Source: Podarcis liolepis (Eukaryota). From it: a DNA stretch of 64,000 bases. Below are positions 24,801 to 36,800 of this stretch, piece after piece. Under the pieces are notes generated by a model, which saw only the letters and a list, made by a program, of their open reading frames with translations, was not told the origin of the DNA and made no database searches. The stretch is taken from the NCBI GenBank assembly GCA_965112155.1, contig OZ218103.1; one strand, written 5' to 3'. The stretch's first letter is position 1, and every line of letters starts with the position of its first letter. The position numbers and the translations under genes are program-made.

Positions 24801-27800
24801 CAGCTGGTCCAGTTGGCTTCTCTACATAGAATGGACAGCCCTAGAGTGCCTTTTACCCCAGGCAGCAAAATGTCTTGAGCCAGCCCTTTCAGGGGACAAT
24901 AGAACACATTATAAAGAGTTTTTATAAGAAAAACATATAAAAAGCATGTTAACCTAGCCACTTGGGGGCTTAGCTGGAGATTGCATTTGCTATTAAGCAA
25001 ATGTATGATATTAATTACATTTGTTCCTAAGAAAGTTACCAATGCATTTGCAAGCCGGCCTTTGTTCTTGTCGGGGAGCAAAACAAGCTTCTCTCTTACG
25101 GCATCTAGATTCTGAAGCAAGATAGATCCTAAACAAGGTAGTTTGCTGTATTTTTGTCCCAAGCAAAAGTCAAGATTGTTTTTATGGGAAGGATTTTTGA
25201 TTTATTTGATTTGTTTGCGTGTTGGCTGCTCTTCGGCCAAGGCTCTCAGAGCAGCTCATAAGAATTAAAACAATAATATACAATGACAGTGTGATAGCTC
25301 AGCCAGTAGAGCATGCGACTTAATCTCAGAGTTGTGGGTTCAAGGCCCACATTGGGCAAGAGATTCCTGCATCAAAGGGGGTTGGACAAGGTGACCCTCA
25401 GGGTCCCTTCCAGCTCTACAAGTCTACGATTCTGTGAATATCAAACTGTACAATATGTTGCTAATAAAGAAGGCAACATTCCAGCGTGATGAAACGCAAA
25501 CAAGCCGAAAGACCTGGGCAAATAAAAAGGTCCTCACCTGGCACCAAACAGAAAACCAAGGCTAAGGCTGTGTACTACATACCACACATTTTAATGCATC
25601 TTACTACCTCCGAAGGAATAACTTTTTCTTTTTATAAATGAAAATTAGGTATATTTACTGTTTGAAGCTGGACACAAAAAGGAGAGTCGCTGTTAAGAGA
25701 GGAAGAAGAGCAGTTGCCCAGTAGGATTGATTAATCTTTATTAAGTTGGTTAATATTAGTGGCTAACAGCAGAACTGAATACGGTACATATGAAATGTAT
25801 AGAATGAACACAGAGTCCATTAAACAGATTAAACATATGACGTTTGCATTTTCTACTAAAATGAGAATGGCTACATCATAGCAAGTAGGAAATGCCAAAA
25901 TAAATATATACCGGTAGATCAGCCTCAGAATAAATATGTAGAACAGCCCTGTATGCCTTCATCGCAAAGAAACAGAGAGCGCATTACTTGGTCAGGTGAC
26001 TCATGAGAGAATTGGTGGACTTGGCTCATTTCCAGAAGCGTTCTCTCTGGCCCTGGTCAAATACTCCAGTACTCCATCTGTTTAGAGAACTAAAGAAATA
26101 TTGTTTTGCCTTTTAGGCAACACTTTATATCCGGGTTTCTCCAGGAACCTGTTTAATGAACAACCAGTTTTGTTACACTAATCCCTAATAATGCTAGGAT
26201 AAACATAGTTTTGTTTGCTAAATATTTAGAATCTAGAGGAGCCCTGAGAATTTAGAGCAGTTGTGAATAAATATGCTTCGTAAAATCAACAACAACCACA
26301 GCTACAACAACAATCCCTGCCCCTGGATTCTATCACCTTGCTCTGCATAACTCAGAAATGATGCAGGGAGCAAAGGATGCCTTCCCTGCACCAGGCTTTG
26401 TGTGTGATCTCATGTTTTGCAAAGCCAAATCCATAGGTATAGGAAGAGCACTCCCTATTTTCTCTCGCTTGAAAATGCCACCCATCTAGCATTTCCCTTA
26501 TAAAGAAAACATGGGGTTGTGAATCCTGTGTTTTTTCTTCTAACATGTAGACCTGCCAGGAGTCGGGGAAATAGGATTTTGCTGCATGTAGTAAGGTAAC
26601 TGGAGCTCTCGTGTACCCTGGCTCTACTATGGATTTGGATAACATTTGTTCATACTCTGCACAACTACAGTACCAGCACAATTTCTTTCTAGTGGCATGA
26701 ACACCTTCTCTGGAAATGGGCTTGTGCTTAGTAAATGGAATCTTATCTGCTTTAAGGTCTGGCTTGTTATCAACAGAACAGTTATTCAAAACTGCCTTGA
26801 TTCTGGAATTTGTAGGCATATGCATAGGATTATAAAAGTCCAGTTTATTCTCTCAGTTAATATAAATTAGAAGTAGCTGCTCTAGAGAATAGAATTGCAT
26901 GTGTCTATAAGATAGACCAGCCCGTGGCACGTTTAGTGTGCTACCTTAATGTTGGGGCCACCAAATCTAGTTTACATGTTCCTATTGTGCAAAATTCTGC
27001 GGCTCTGAGCATAATAACCTGATGTCCTGTGGAGAGCCAATCTTCTATAATAAGTGGGAAAGCATCTATCATTGGTGCTAAATGCGCTTGGTGTTATTTC
27101 ACCCCTGCACTTTCTCTTTCAGTCTGAATACCATTATGAATACACAGCATGTAACAGCCAAGGCTCCAGATGGAGAGTAGCTGTGCCGCACAACCCAGGA
27201 CTCTGCACCGGCTTGCCAGACCCCATCAAAGGCACAAAATGCTGTAAGCTATGACTGCTGTCACCACACCTTCCCTTTACATGGTTTATTCCAGCCAACT
27301 GGAGGCTCCAGAGCCACGTTGAGCCATGGGGCACGAGATGTCACATCGTGCAATGTGTTAAAATGAGGTCTACCCTTGTTAATAGTTGAACATTCAGAAG
27401 AGAGAGATACCAATTTCATGCTTAGAATATCCTTGAATGCAGGCGGTGACCATTTTTCGTGCATCTGATTGCCGTGCAACCGCCAATGCCTGTGTTGCTT
27501 TTGGCCCCAGAAGGGGATGGAATGGGTTTACTTGCGACTGCTGACACGTGCAATGACCCGGAACGCAACCCCCACACAGGTGGAGAGTTGCCTGTATTTT
27601 GTGTATGTTAACTTCCCACACATACAGTTAGCATTGGCATACGTGACTTGAAATTGACATGTTGCTGAAATTTTGTAATGATGCACTTAGATACAAATTT
27701 GGACACCCCCCCCCAATGTTAATGGCTGGGGGAGTGGGAGGATGGTGCAGTATTGCCTCTCCATTGCTGACGGTGCTCTGCTATGCCAGAGGTCCTGAGC

Positions 27801-30800
27801 TTCTCTCTGACAGGTGGGAAGCTTCTGCTGGTGGGTTTTCCCATTGGCAGTAAACCACAGAAAGCCTTGAAATGGGACATTGCAGGGCACCAGAGGCTGT
27901 GAGTCTGTTGGATCCAAAGCCCCATGAATTCCCACAGGGGCCAAATCCTATGACTAGTTAATGAGCAAACCAGGATTAGGAACCATAGTTACATCTTGGT
28001 TTGTTCTCATTCAATGAATTTTAAGCAAACCACAATTCTTGGAGTCTGGATGTTGTAGGAAACTGTGGTTTGAAATTGTATAAGAAGCTACACCAGTGGT
28101 GAACTGGATGCGTATGGGAAACAGAAGCAGGACATGAGCACAGTAGGACTCTCCCAACTTGTGATTCTTATTAAGTGGCAACCCACAGATCCCCAGAGTG
28201 CAGTCTGGCCAGGGCAAATGCATTGGGGCAGCATGTTATATAAATCTAGGAATCACTCAAGGAAGTCTCTGTTTGGTTTTCATTTGTCTTTTTCCCCTGA
28301 TCAGTTTTTCTCTTCTGCATTTCAGCATTTTCCTGCAAAGCTGGCGAATTCTTGGACATGAAGAACCAGTCATGCATGCCGTGTGCAGAGGGCACATATT
28401 CTCTGGGCACTGGCATCAGGTTCGATGAGTGGGATGAGCTGCCCCATGGTTTTGACAACAAAGCAACCAACCTTGAAATTGATTACAGCTTATCAGAGTC
28501 CTTGGGAAACTGCAGCATGTGAGTGAGCTTGTTGCTCTCATTTCTGCTAGAGCACATCATTATCACATAGACTGCTGATTCTAAAAGCTAAACACGTTGT
28601 TTAAGTGGGGGTGCTTGTGAATTTCTCCACAGATCCTGAGGGTCTGAATTACCCAGACTTATTTTTGGAGTAGTATCTTGCTAGTCTCCTGCCTTTGATT
28701 TCCAGACTGCTGCACGTGCTCAGTTGATGCCATTCTCAATTGTAGCTTCCCCTCCCTCCTCACAGCTAGGTGATTCACATCAGCATGTATGCATATGGAT
28801 TAAATCTCTGTGTAAAAAAAGGAATCCTGATGTGGTTGCATCAAGGTTCAATTTTAAACTATGATTTAATCAATATGTATATGTGCTGGTGTGGATTAGT
28901 CACTTTAGGGGGCGGGGGGGGGGGGAGGAAGAGCCATGAACTGCAAATTGAGCAATGTGCCAAGTAAAAACTAACTTTAGAATTCTCCAAGCCAAACCAA
29001 AAGGCAGGCAAAGCAGGATATGGAACAGAGCAACCCCAGAGAATAGCGATGGGATGGGATGGAAAGGGCAAATACTCTCTTCCCTAAGTTTGATCAGTTG
29101 CTGCACTGTGTCTATAGTAGAGCTGGCCCAAGACATTTTGGCATCAGAGGCGAACCACAAAATGGTGCTCCCCCATGCCAGGGAACAAGGGGGTGAGTGA
29201 TGATCTACAGCAGGGGAAAGTGTGGATGTCGGGGGGGGGGGAGGGCTCTTGCATGAGGAAAGAGGCCCACTCTGAATCACATTGGGCTGGTACAGAGCCA
29301 GGAGACCCCAAAGGATAGTCCCTGCCATTTTCTTCATAAGGGTGGGAGGGCACCAACAGCACCTCCTATTTGCTGAGAGCATGCAGTGGAGGCAGCATGG
29401 TGGTGCTGCGGAGGAGGAGGAGGATGCAGAGGATGCAGATCCAGCATCCAAGTAGCCTGTCATAGCTGTTGCTGCCCCCATGGCAGCAGCAATGGACAAT
29501 GCATTTTTTTGAGGCCAGATTTGCTGCATTTGTGGATCTTGCTGCCTGAGGCGGCTTCCTCACCTTACCTCATAGGTGGGCCAGCCCTGGTATATAGATG
29601 AAATGGTAAGTTCATGTGCACCAGCACCCTAGCATTTCTGACATTTGGCACTCTGTGTGTGAGTGTGTAAATTCTCCCAATGTGACCAGAATTCTTCACC
29701 AGGGTTAAGTAAATTAAATACATTTTGCATATATTTACTTACTGTGCATAATTCAGTTTGCTTCCCCTAATCATAAGAGACAAAGAGGATATATAATGCA
29801 CTGAATCCCCATTTCCTGCCAGCTGAAATTCTGTCTCCCCTTTGCACCTGAGATTTCACTTATTTTGCAGCCATATAGACTAGACTCTCATTTTGGTTTG
29901 GTTTTTAAAAGGAAAGCCCAGGTTCCAGACTGGTATGGTCACACAGTGGTAAGAAACAGACAGTTGATTAAGTTTTAATTGCAATAGCAGATTCTGTCAT
30001 TGCTCCCACTGGGTTATTTTGACCTGCTAATTTTTACCTAGGGAACAGATATTGTGACTTTCTCATTTTTAAGTCCAGGGATTTGTTTGCTTACAAAACA
30101 GACAGCCATTTAATTTCTAAATAAAAAAGTACATTACTAGATTCTGACAAATTTATTGCTTTATGAATTATAGCCCCAGGAATAGTTCACAGCAGTATTG
30201 GGTTTTTTAAAACATTTAAAATTAAACAGACTTCACTGCAGAAATGTACCAGCATATTATTTTTCAGTAATTTCCTAAAGTATTGTAATGTGGTTAGTTT
30301 GTAAAATCAGTTCAAACCAGTATTTAATAGCTTTATTTTCTATTCTAATTTCTCCCCCTTGGAAGTGACAAAACTATAGGGGGTGGGAAATCAATATTTT
30401 GCAAAATGGGTACAAAGTGCTAAAGGAAATGGAATAATTTTAACATTAGATGCCTTTATGTAAAGGCAAATGTGTGCCAGGGGAGCGGTGTATTATTTCT
30501 TTCATTTAAAGGCCATCTTTGAAATTTCAGTTTTTGCTTCTTAGCAGTAAAGGAAGATGGAAAAATAACTTCTACTGCAGGTTTTTAATATGAATCTCCA
30601 TTCAATTTTAATGAGCACATTATTTTTCGTCTGTCACTTCTAGTTTGCATCTTTTTAATTATGAAGAATACTATTAGTCAAATAGTATATAGAGAAGATT
30701 TGTTGTCAGTATTTTAATTTCTCTTGACATTCCTTGTTTTACGTTCTGCTCTGAGATCTCTGCTCAAGCAGTCCAGACCACTATATAACTCCCTGTCTGG

Positions 30801-33800
30801 GAAAGGTTTGGATGAGACATAAGTAGGCCTCCCCCACTGAAAAACTGCTTATATTGCTGGGGGGGGGACTCCACACCAGCAGAAATACATCTGCCCACCC
30901 ACAGATTGCAGGGCAGGTGAAAATGCACCCACCAGCAGCTAACCTTGTGGAGAACCCCAAAACGGGGGGCAGGATTACCCTCAGCAATGGAGACAGGAGG
31001 TATGGTCGAAAGGGAGGGGGGAAACACCAACCTGGGGTGAAGGCAGGGACCCAAGCTCAATAGTGATAGGAGAGAAACCAAATCCAGAGGGTAATGGGAA
31101 GGAGGAAAACCCAACACAGCAAACTGCAGGAAGCAAAACTCAATGTTGGGGGGGGAATGAGTGGGTTCACATCCAGGGGAGTAAGTTTTCTGGTGGGTGC
31201 CAGAGGGGCACCAAGCATTAGGAAACAGCAGCTGATGGGGCAGGCAGAGGAGCTAATGAAGGGATGAAAGATGTGGAACTGTGGTGGGAGCAAGTAGCTG
31301 GAGGAGGGGAGGAAGAGTTGCTGGGAGGGGCCCAGCCACAGGAAGAAAGGAGAAGTGGTGGAAGGCCACAGTGATTGATAGCTGGGGGTGCATTCAGAAG
31401 GCTGCAGAAATCAGCAGGATTTGCTAATATTATGGGCTGAATGATTGCTTGCCTGTGCAGCCTCCATCATCCTCCGTGCCCTGGCAGGGGTTTCTGCCCA
31501 GCAACATCTTCCACCATGGGCAGCTTCTGATGGGTTGCACTGCTTTGGTGACTGATTTATGGGATCAAGTCATGGAAGCACCGGTGTCTCATTGTCAGCT
31601 TTCTGAACACCCATTTGATCACCACATGGGTAGTACAGTGTGCCCTATAATAGTGCCTATCTGGAGTTACAGAGAAAGTGGCACATAAGTGCATTTGAGA
31701 GGATTGGCTCCCTCTGCCTCCACCATTGCATGACAGGTTCCACCTGCAAGCAATGGAATGACACCTTTGGTGCCATCAGGAAATGAGCCTGGGAACTAAT
31801 CTGCTCCGGCGTGATATTAATGGAGGCTTTGAACAAAGCCTTGGAGGCAGGTAAGAAGATCCTTGCCCATATCCCATCAAAGACACGGACAACAGCCAGA
31901 GTGATGTCGGTAATGTATCAGTGGCCTCGATTCCCAAGGATCTTTCAGGGATGGGAGAGGTGGTGGTGCAGTGCCAGCACCAGTGGAGGAAGGTGTGGCT
32001 ATGGAGGCTATCCAACCAGCTCAGCTGCACAGCCTCTCCCCAATGTATCCCAGAGGTGGGTGTGCATTCTCTTTGTGGATGAGTTGCATCCTCTCTCTAC
32101 TCTGGTTTCAGTGAATATGTCTCGGCAGAGTTGCCAGCCACAAAGATCAGCACCATGGACAGCACTTGAGCTGTCTTCTGCTCACATGCATTCTGCGCCT
32201 CTGAGGCCCAGTAGCCCTCATGGACATGGTGGTTGGCCTCCCGCTTGCTGCCTTGCTGGGCGCTGTGGCTGCCATTCAGCAGGGTAGGTCTGCACAAGAT
32301 CCTGAGATGCCACTGCCTCAACCACCCAACAGACCCCAGACCAGCACTTATGCCACCTATGGACCTGGACCGTAGGAGACTGAGGAGAGGATGACCCTCA
32401 TATGGGAGTGGAAGAACAATGAAACTCCTAGCAGCTTGGGAGGGGGCAGGCCCAATCCAGGGAATGTTGGGGTGAATGATGGGGGCAGTACCCTCTCCAA
32501 TGCTAAGGATTTGTCTTTGGGGGGCAGCAACAGGGAGTGGAAAGGGGTGATCAGCAGTGACAGGAGACTTCGTCTTGGGGACACTGCACTGTTGGTGGGT
32601 CATTGTCTGCTGGAGGTGAGGGATGCAGGAGGAATGGGAGGTGGCTTTGGAGGACGAGGCTACAGACAACTTATTTGGATGAATCAAGAGTGAACTAAGA
32701 TGCTACAAACTTACAGATCAACTTCAAACAAGCATTCGATCAAGGAATTAAGCATATAAATCATGAAGCAGGGTTGTTAAGGTCTGGTGAATCTGTACAG
32801 GTTTTTCTTTTCCTTACATGACCATCTTAAATGAAGTTTCTCCAGCTGTGTTTGTGTCCTCCCTGCAGAAGCACATCTCCTCAAATGCAATATTCCTCTA
32901 ACAATAATACCTCTCAAATTCCTTGTCACTATCCTGGAGTTTTGGTTGTTCCTTTCAGAACATGAGGCTTAAGAGGGCTGTTTTGCCTGACTTGCTTTTC
33001 AGCTGGAATGTAAAGCTTCAGATCTACACTCACCAAAATTCTTTCTACTTAATTGCATCTGCACCCCACCCCTTTCCCAAGGAGCTTAGGTTGGCATACA
33101 TGGCTGTCCACCCCCATTTTACCCAGCTATCCCTTAAGGTCAAGACAGTGACTTGTGCAAGGTCCACCCAGGGAGCTTCATGGCTGAGTGTGGCTTTGGA
33201 CCTGGATTTCCCTGGTCCTGGTTGGATTTTTAACCATGTTGGCTTTGAGTGCCTCTCTCCTGTGTTCTCTTCTGCACTGACAGTGATCCCACGTTCACAT
33301 AATTAGCACAAAGGCGCAAAGCCTGTTTAAAGATACTGTGTGTAATGTGGGTGTGCTAATGTCTGCATATGAGTAAGGTGACGCGGAGGAGGAACCAAAC
33401 CCTTACCTTTTGTTTCGGAGCAGCCTGCCAGTGCATTTAATTAGAAACCATGCATCTTGGAAAATTCATGTGGCGTGCCTATATTCTTCCTTGCTGCTAG
33501 TCTGTTAATAGGAGGCAGTGCAAACCTGCCCCTGTGTCTGTCTCCCCAGGTCAGGAAGGCTTAGAAGGAAACTGGTGGGGGGGCCTCCAGTTCTGAGGCA
33601 GGGATATCCAGATCCAATGGCTCTTCATGGTCACTGGCAATATGGAGATCTTCTGAAAGATGCTGGTCCTCTTTTGAAGAGAATCCAGGTCTGCAGTCTG
33701 GGCAGGGCTGACTCCTCCCACACATTGCAGCCCACAAAGATAGGCATGTACTGTAGCTTCCTATGTTGTCAGTAGAACAGGAGTCTCTGTTCTGGTCCAT

Positions 33801-36800
33801 TAGTGAAGACTGGAAGGCAACCTACCACCTTGACCTCAATTTAGATAGCTGTCCTAGCTGCCACAGTAGCACTAGCTGATCTCTGCCATAGCCCAGTCAC
33901 CTGGAGTTGAGTCATTTGTGTTTTGAGATTACTTGTACTTTTTAATCCTGATAGGAAAATGGATGTTAAGCTTAAAACTGTTTTAGTGAGGATATTTTGT
34001 GAAGCATAGATTTGAAGGGGTACAGTGTGTTAGCTCTGCTTTACAAGCTCTGGGGCTTTAAGTCTGTCCATTGGCCTCAAATGCTCCGACGAGCGGAGCC
34101 CAGGACCTTGTTTTCCTGCCTGGTGCTTTAATCATTTTGATGCTGAAGATAAGCTAGCTGAGACTCGTCAGGCAGAAGACGTCCTTTAAAGAGTGTTTTT
34201 TGCTAAAAAAAACTCAATACCATGGTGCTGAAAAGTGTTTGTGCAACTTGCAAATGTAACCTACTTCTCATATCACTTAAATTATTCATCAAACTTCTAA
34301 GCACAGTTGTAGAAGCAGAGGGGCAGATTATTACCATTGCTAGTTCGTCTCATTAAGTAAAGGTCTGTCTGGTTCCTCCAGTTTGCCTTAGATCCAGGAT
34401 ACCTTTCATGGAGTCGTGGCGACGATGCATGTGAAAGGTTCTGAGTTCCTCTTGCTGAAAAGAACAGGAGCAAGTGGCCTTTTTGTTTTCATAAATGTGT
34501 ATGAAATCCCAAAGTATGCAGTTTATAGTATGTATTCTTGGCTTTTATCTCTCTTCTGCTGCAAAGTGAATAAGATCCTTGCATATTTTTTCAGACTGAA
34601 AATGATGAGCTGAGGGGAAAGAATGGGCTTCACAGACTGGAACACTTCTGATTGATCAGGAAGTGTAATTTTGGGGGGATGGAGGGTTGTCTTAAGTCTG
34701 GAAGAAAACAGGCACAAATACACACAGAGAAAGAGAGAGACTTATAGTTCTTTCACCACCACCACCCACCGTGGTTTTCTCTCCTCTGCCCCTCCTTCAT
34801 GCTTGTCATTTGTCAGAGAAGCTAAAGGTGCCTCTTACCTTTCATTTCCAGGAGTCTTTACAGCCACCTTCACCCCATTACTGTCTGCACATCAGCGCAG
34901 GGCAAATCAGCATTGCTACCCTTGGCCATGTTTTCCTGCTTCCACCTCCATCCAGTTTTATCACCCAAAGTGACACTGTTTGTCATTAGAAGCAAGCATG
35001 ATGATAATCACCACAATTTCTTTTATTTCTTTCTGAATTAAGTAAACTGATGATGTGTGAAATTAAACCAAGTTTCCCTTAGGGCAGTATCATCAACCTT
35101 GAGATCCTGTCTGCCCCTCTAAAGTTTGAGACCCTGCATGTTCCTCCACTGACTGCTTTGCCCGTCCTTTCCCCTTCTTGCTATGATTCTGATTTTACTC
35201 CATAGTAGGCAGAGAAACAGGGTAGGGAAGAGAACCAGGACTGGGCTAGGAGGCACAAGAGATGCATCATCTGCCCCTGTCTTGGAGCATGTGAAGGATA
35301 TAGATGAAAGTTTTGGGTTAACACCCGTCCACTTTGGTTCTTACCTCTGCTTGCTGCCTTTTCATTTTCCCACTCCCTTTAATGAGAGAATAAACTGCAC
35401 ATCTCCAGCTTGTAAATTTGGGGTTTTCTATTTGAATGGCATGACGGGGACATTCAGCTACCCCCCCCCCAGGTTATAAGACCTGCCAAATTTCAACCAG
35501 ATTGGCAAAGGGTCTCCATTTTAGTTAAGACCCCCACATTCCTATTTCACCTTTGCCTTACATTACAACAGATGTAAAATAAGGGTGGGTGCATTTCTTT
35601 TTTCTTCTTCAGTTGCTTTAGAAATGATTGCACAAAACAGAACCTGTGCTTTGTCCCCTTGTAATTGCATCTATCATTCTGCAGCCTCATGCTGTGGCCT
35701 AGCATATAATGAGAGTGTGATATACAGGGAATATACTGACCTGTATATCACATATGTGGAATATGTGGAATAGACTTGAATACGTCAGTATAAAATGCCA
35801 ACATGGCTCAACTAAGTGCAGCCTGCTGAAGTGTTGTTGATCTCCAGATAAAACAGACTTATCTGGAGATCATGAAGTTTCTGGGCAATTTTGTATATTA
35901 GCTACAATGGTGGAACGAATCCTTCATAAATATTACACCCATATTTCAGTGGAGACATAACATCTGGCATTTGTGCTTTTAGCTTTCTTACCCATCTCTC
36001 TTGTTAATGTAACTCTCTTGTAATGTTTAGGGAATGTCTGTTCTCTGGAACTGTACAGTAGCACTCCCTTAACGGCTGGGCTTTTCTCTTTGTTCTGTTC
36101 CAGGTCAACGTGGAGTCTTAAGGGAGATTACATTGCCTCCAACACAGACGAGTGCACAGCCACTCTGGTGTATGCTGTTAATCTGAAGCAATCTGGCACT
36201 GTCTCCTTTGAGTATATCTACCAAGACAGCAGCATCGTCTTTGAGTTCTTTGTATGTTTCCTATAACTCAATCTACCTTGCTAATATTGCATGCAAAGTG
36301 AGGGAGGATTTCTTCTGGGCACTGTCTTTACCTATATGACCACCTCTGCACTAGTTTTCACTTTCTGGGCCTATCTGAAAAATGAATGTTGCATCTTGTT
36401 GGACTTCATCCGGTGACAAATGAATTTTGGCAGCAGTTATTTTTGCAGTCCTTTCAAGATACAGTGGTTTCCCTTCTTTAACGCTTCAAAGATAATGATG
36501 CTCATTTAAAACAACAGCATTATTACTTTGGCATCTCCTCTCCTCCCTATTCACTACAATACAGTAGCCAAGAAGACTTTTCCAACATTTATACCATCTC
36601 CAGGGCCATTAACATATACCACTGTGTTCTTTAAAGTGCACTTCAGATAACTTAACAACTCCGAAGTGTATTGAGGTGCATTTTATCACAGTTTCTTTCA
36701 TAGAAGTGGCTCTTCCTCTACATTGCTTTAAGAAAGTGGGTAGATACAGGAATGGTTGCCTTGAATGCCAAAATGGACACAAAACCATTTAACTTCTTAA

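Noticed and set aside
4124-27122. CATATG (MIST1-type) E-boxes and estrogen response elements in ELAPOR1 intron 1
   Set aside because: CATATG count looks close to chance for 23 kb, and I saw no canonical GGTCAnnnTGACC; cannot be supported without ChIP or conservation data.
28900-29529. 209-aa minus-strand ORF with Ser/Ala runs
   Set aside because: Lies largely within a hAT-like non-autonomous element and low-complexity sequence.
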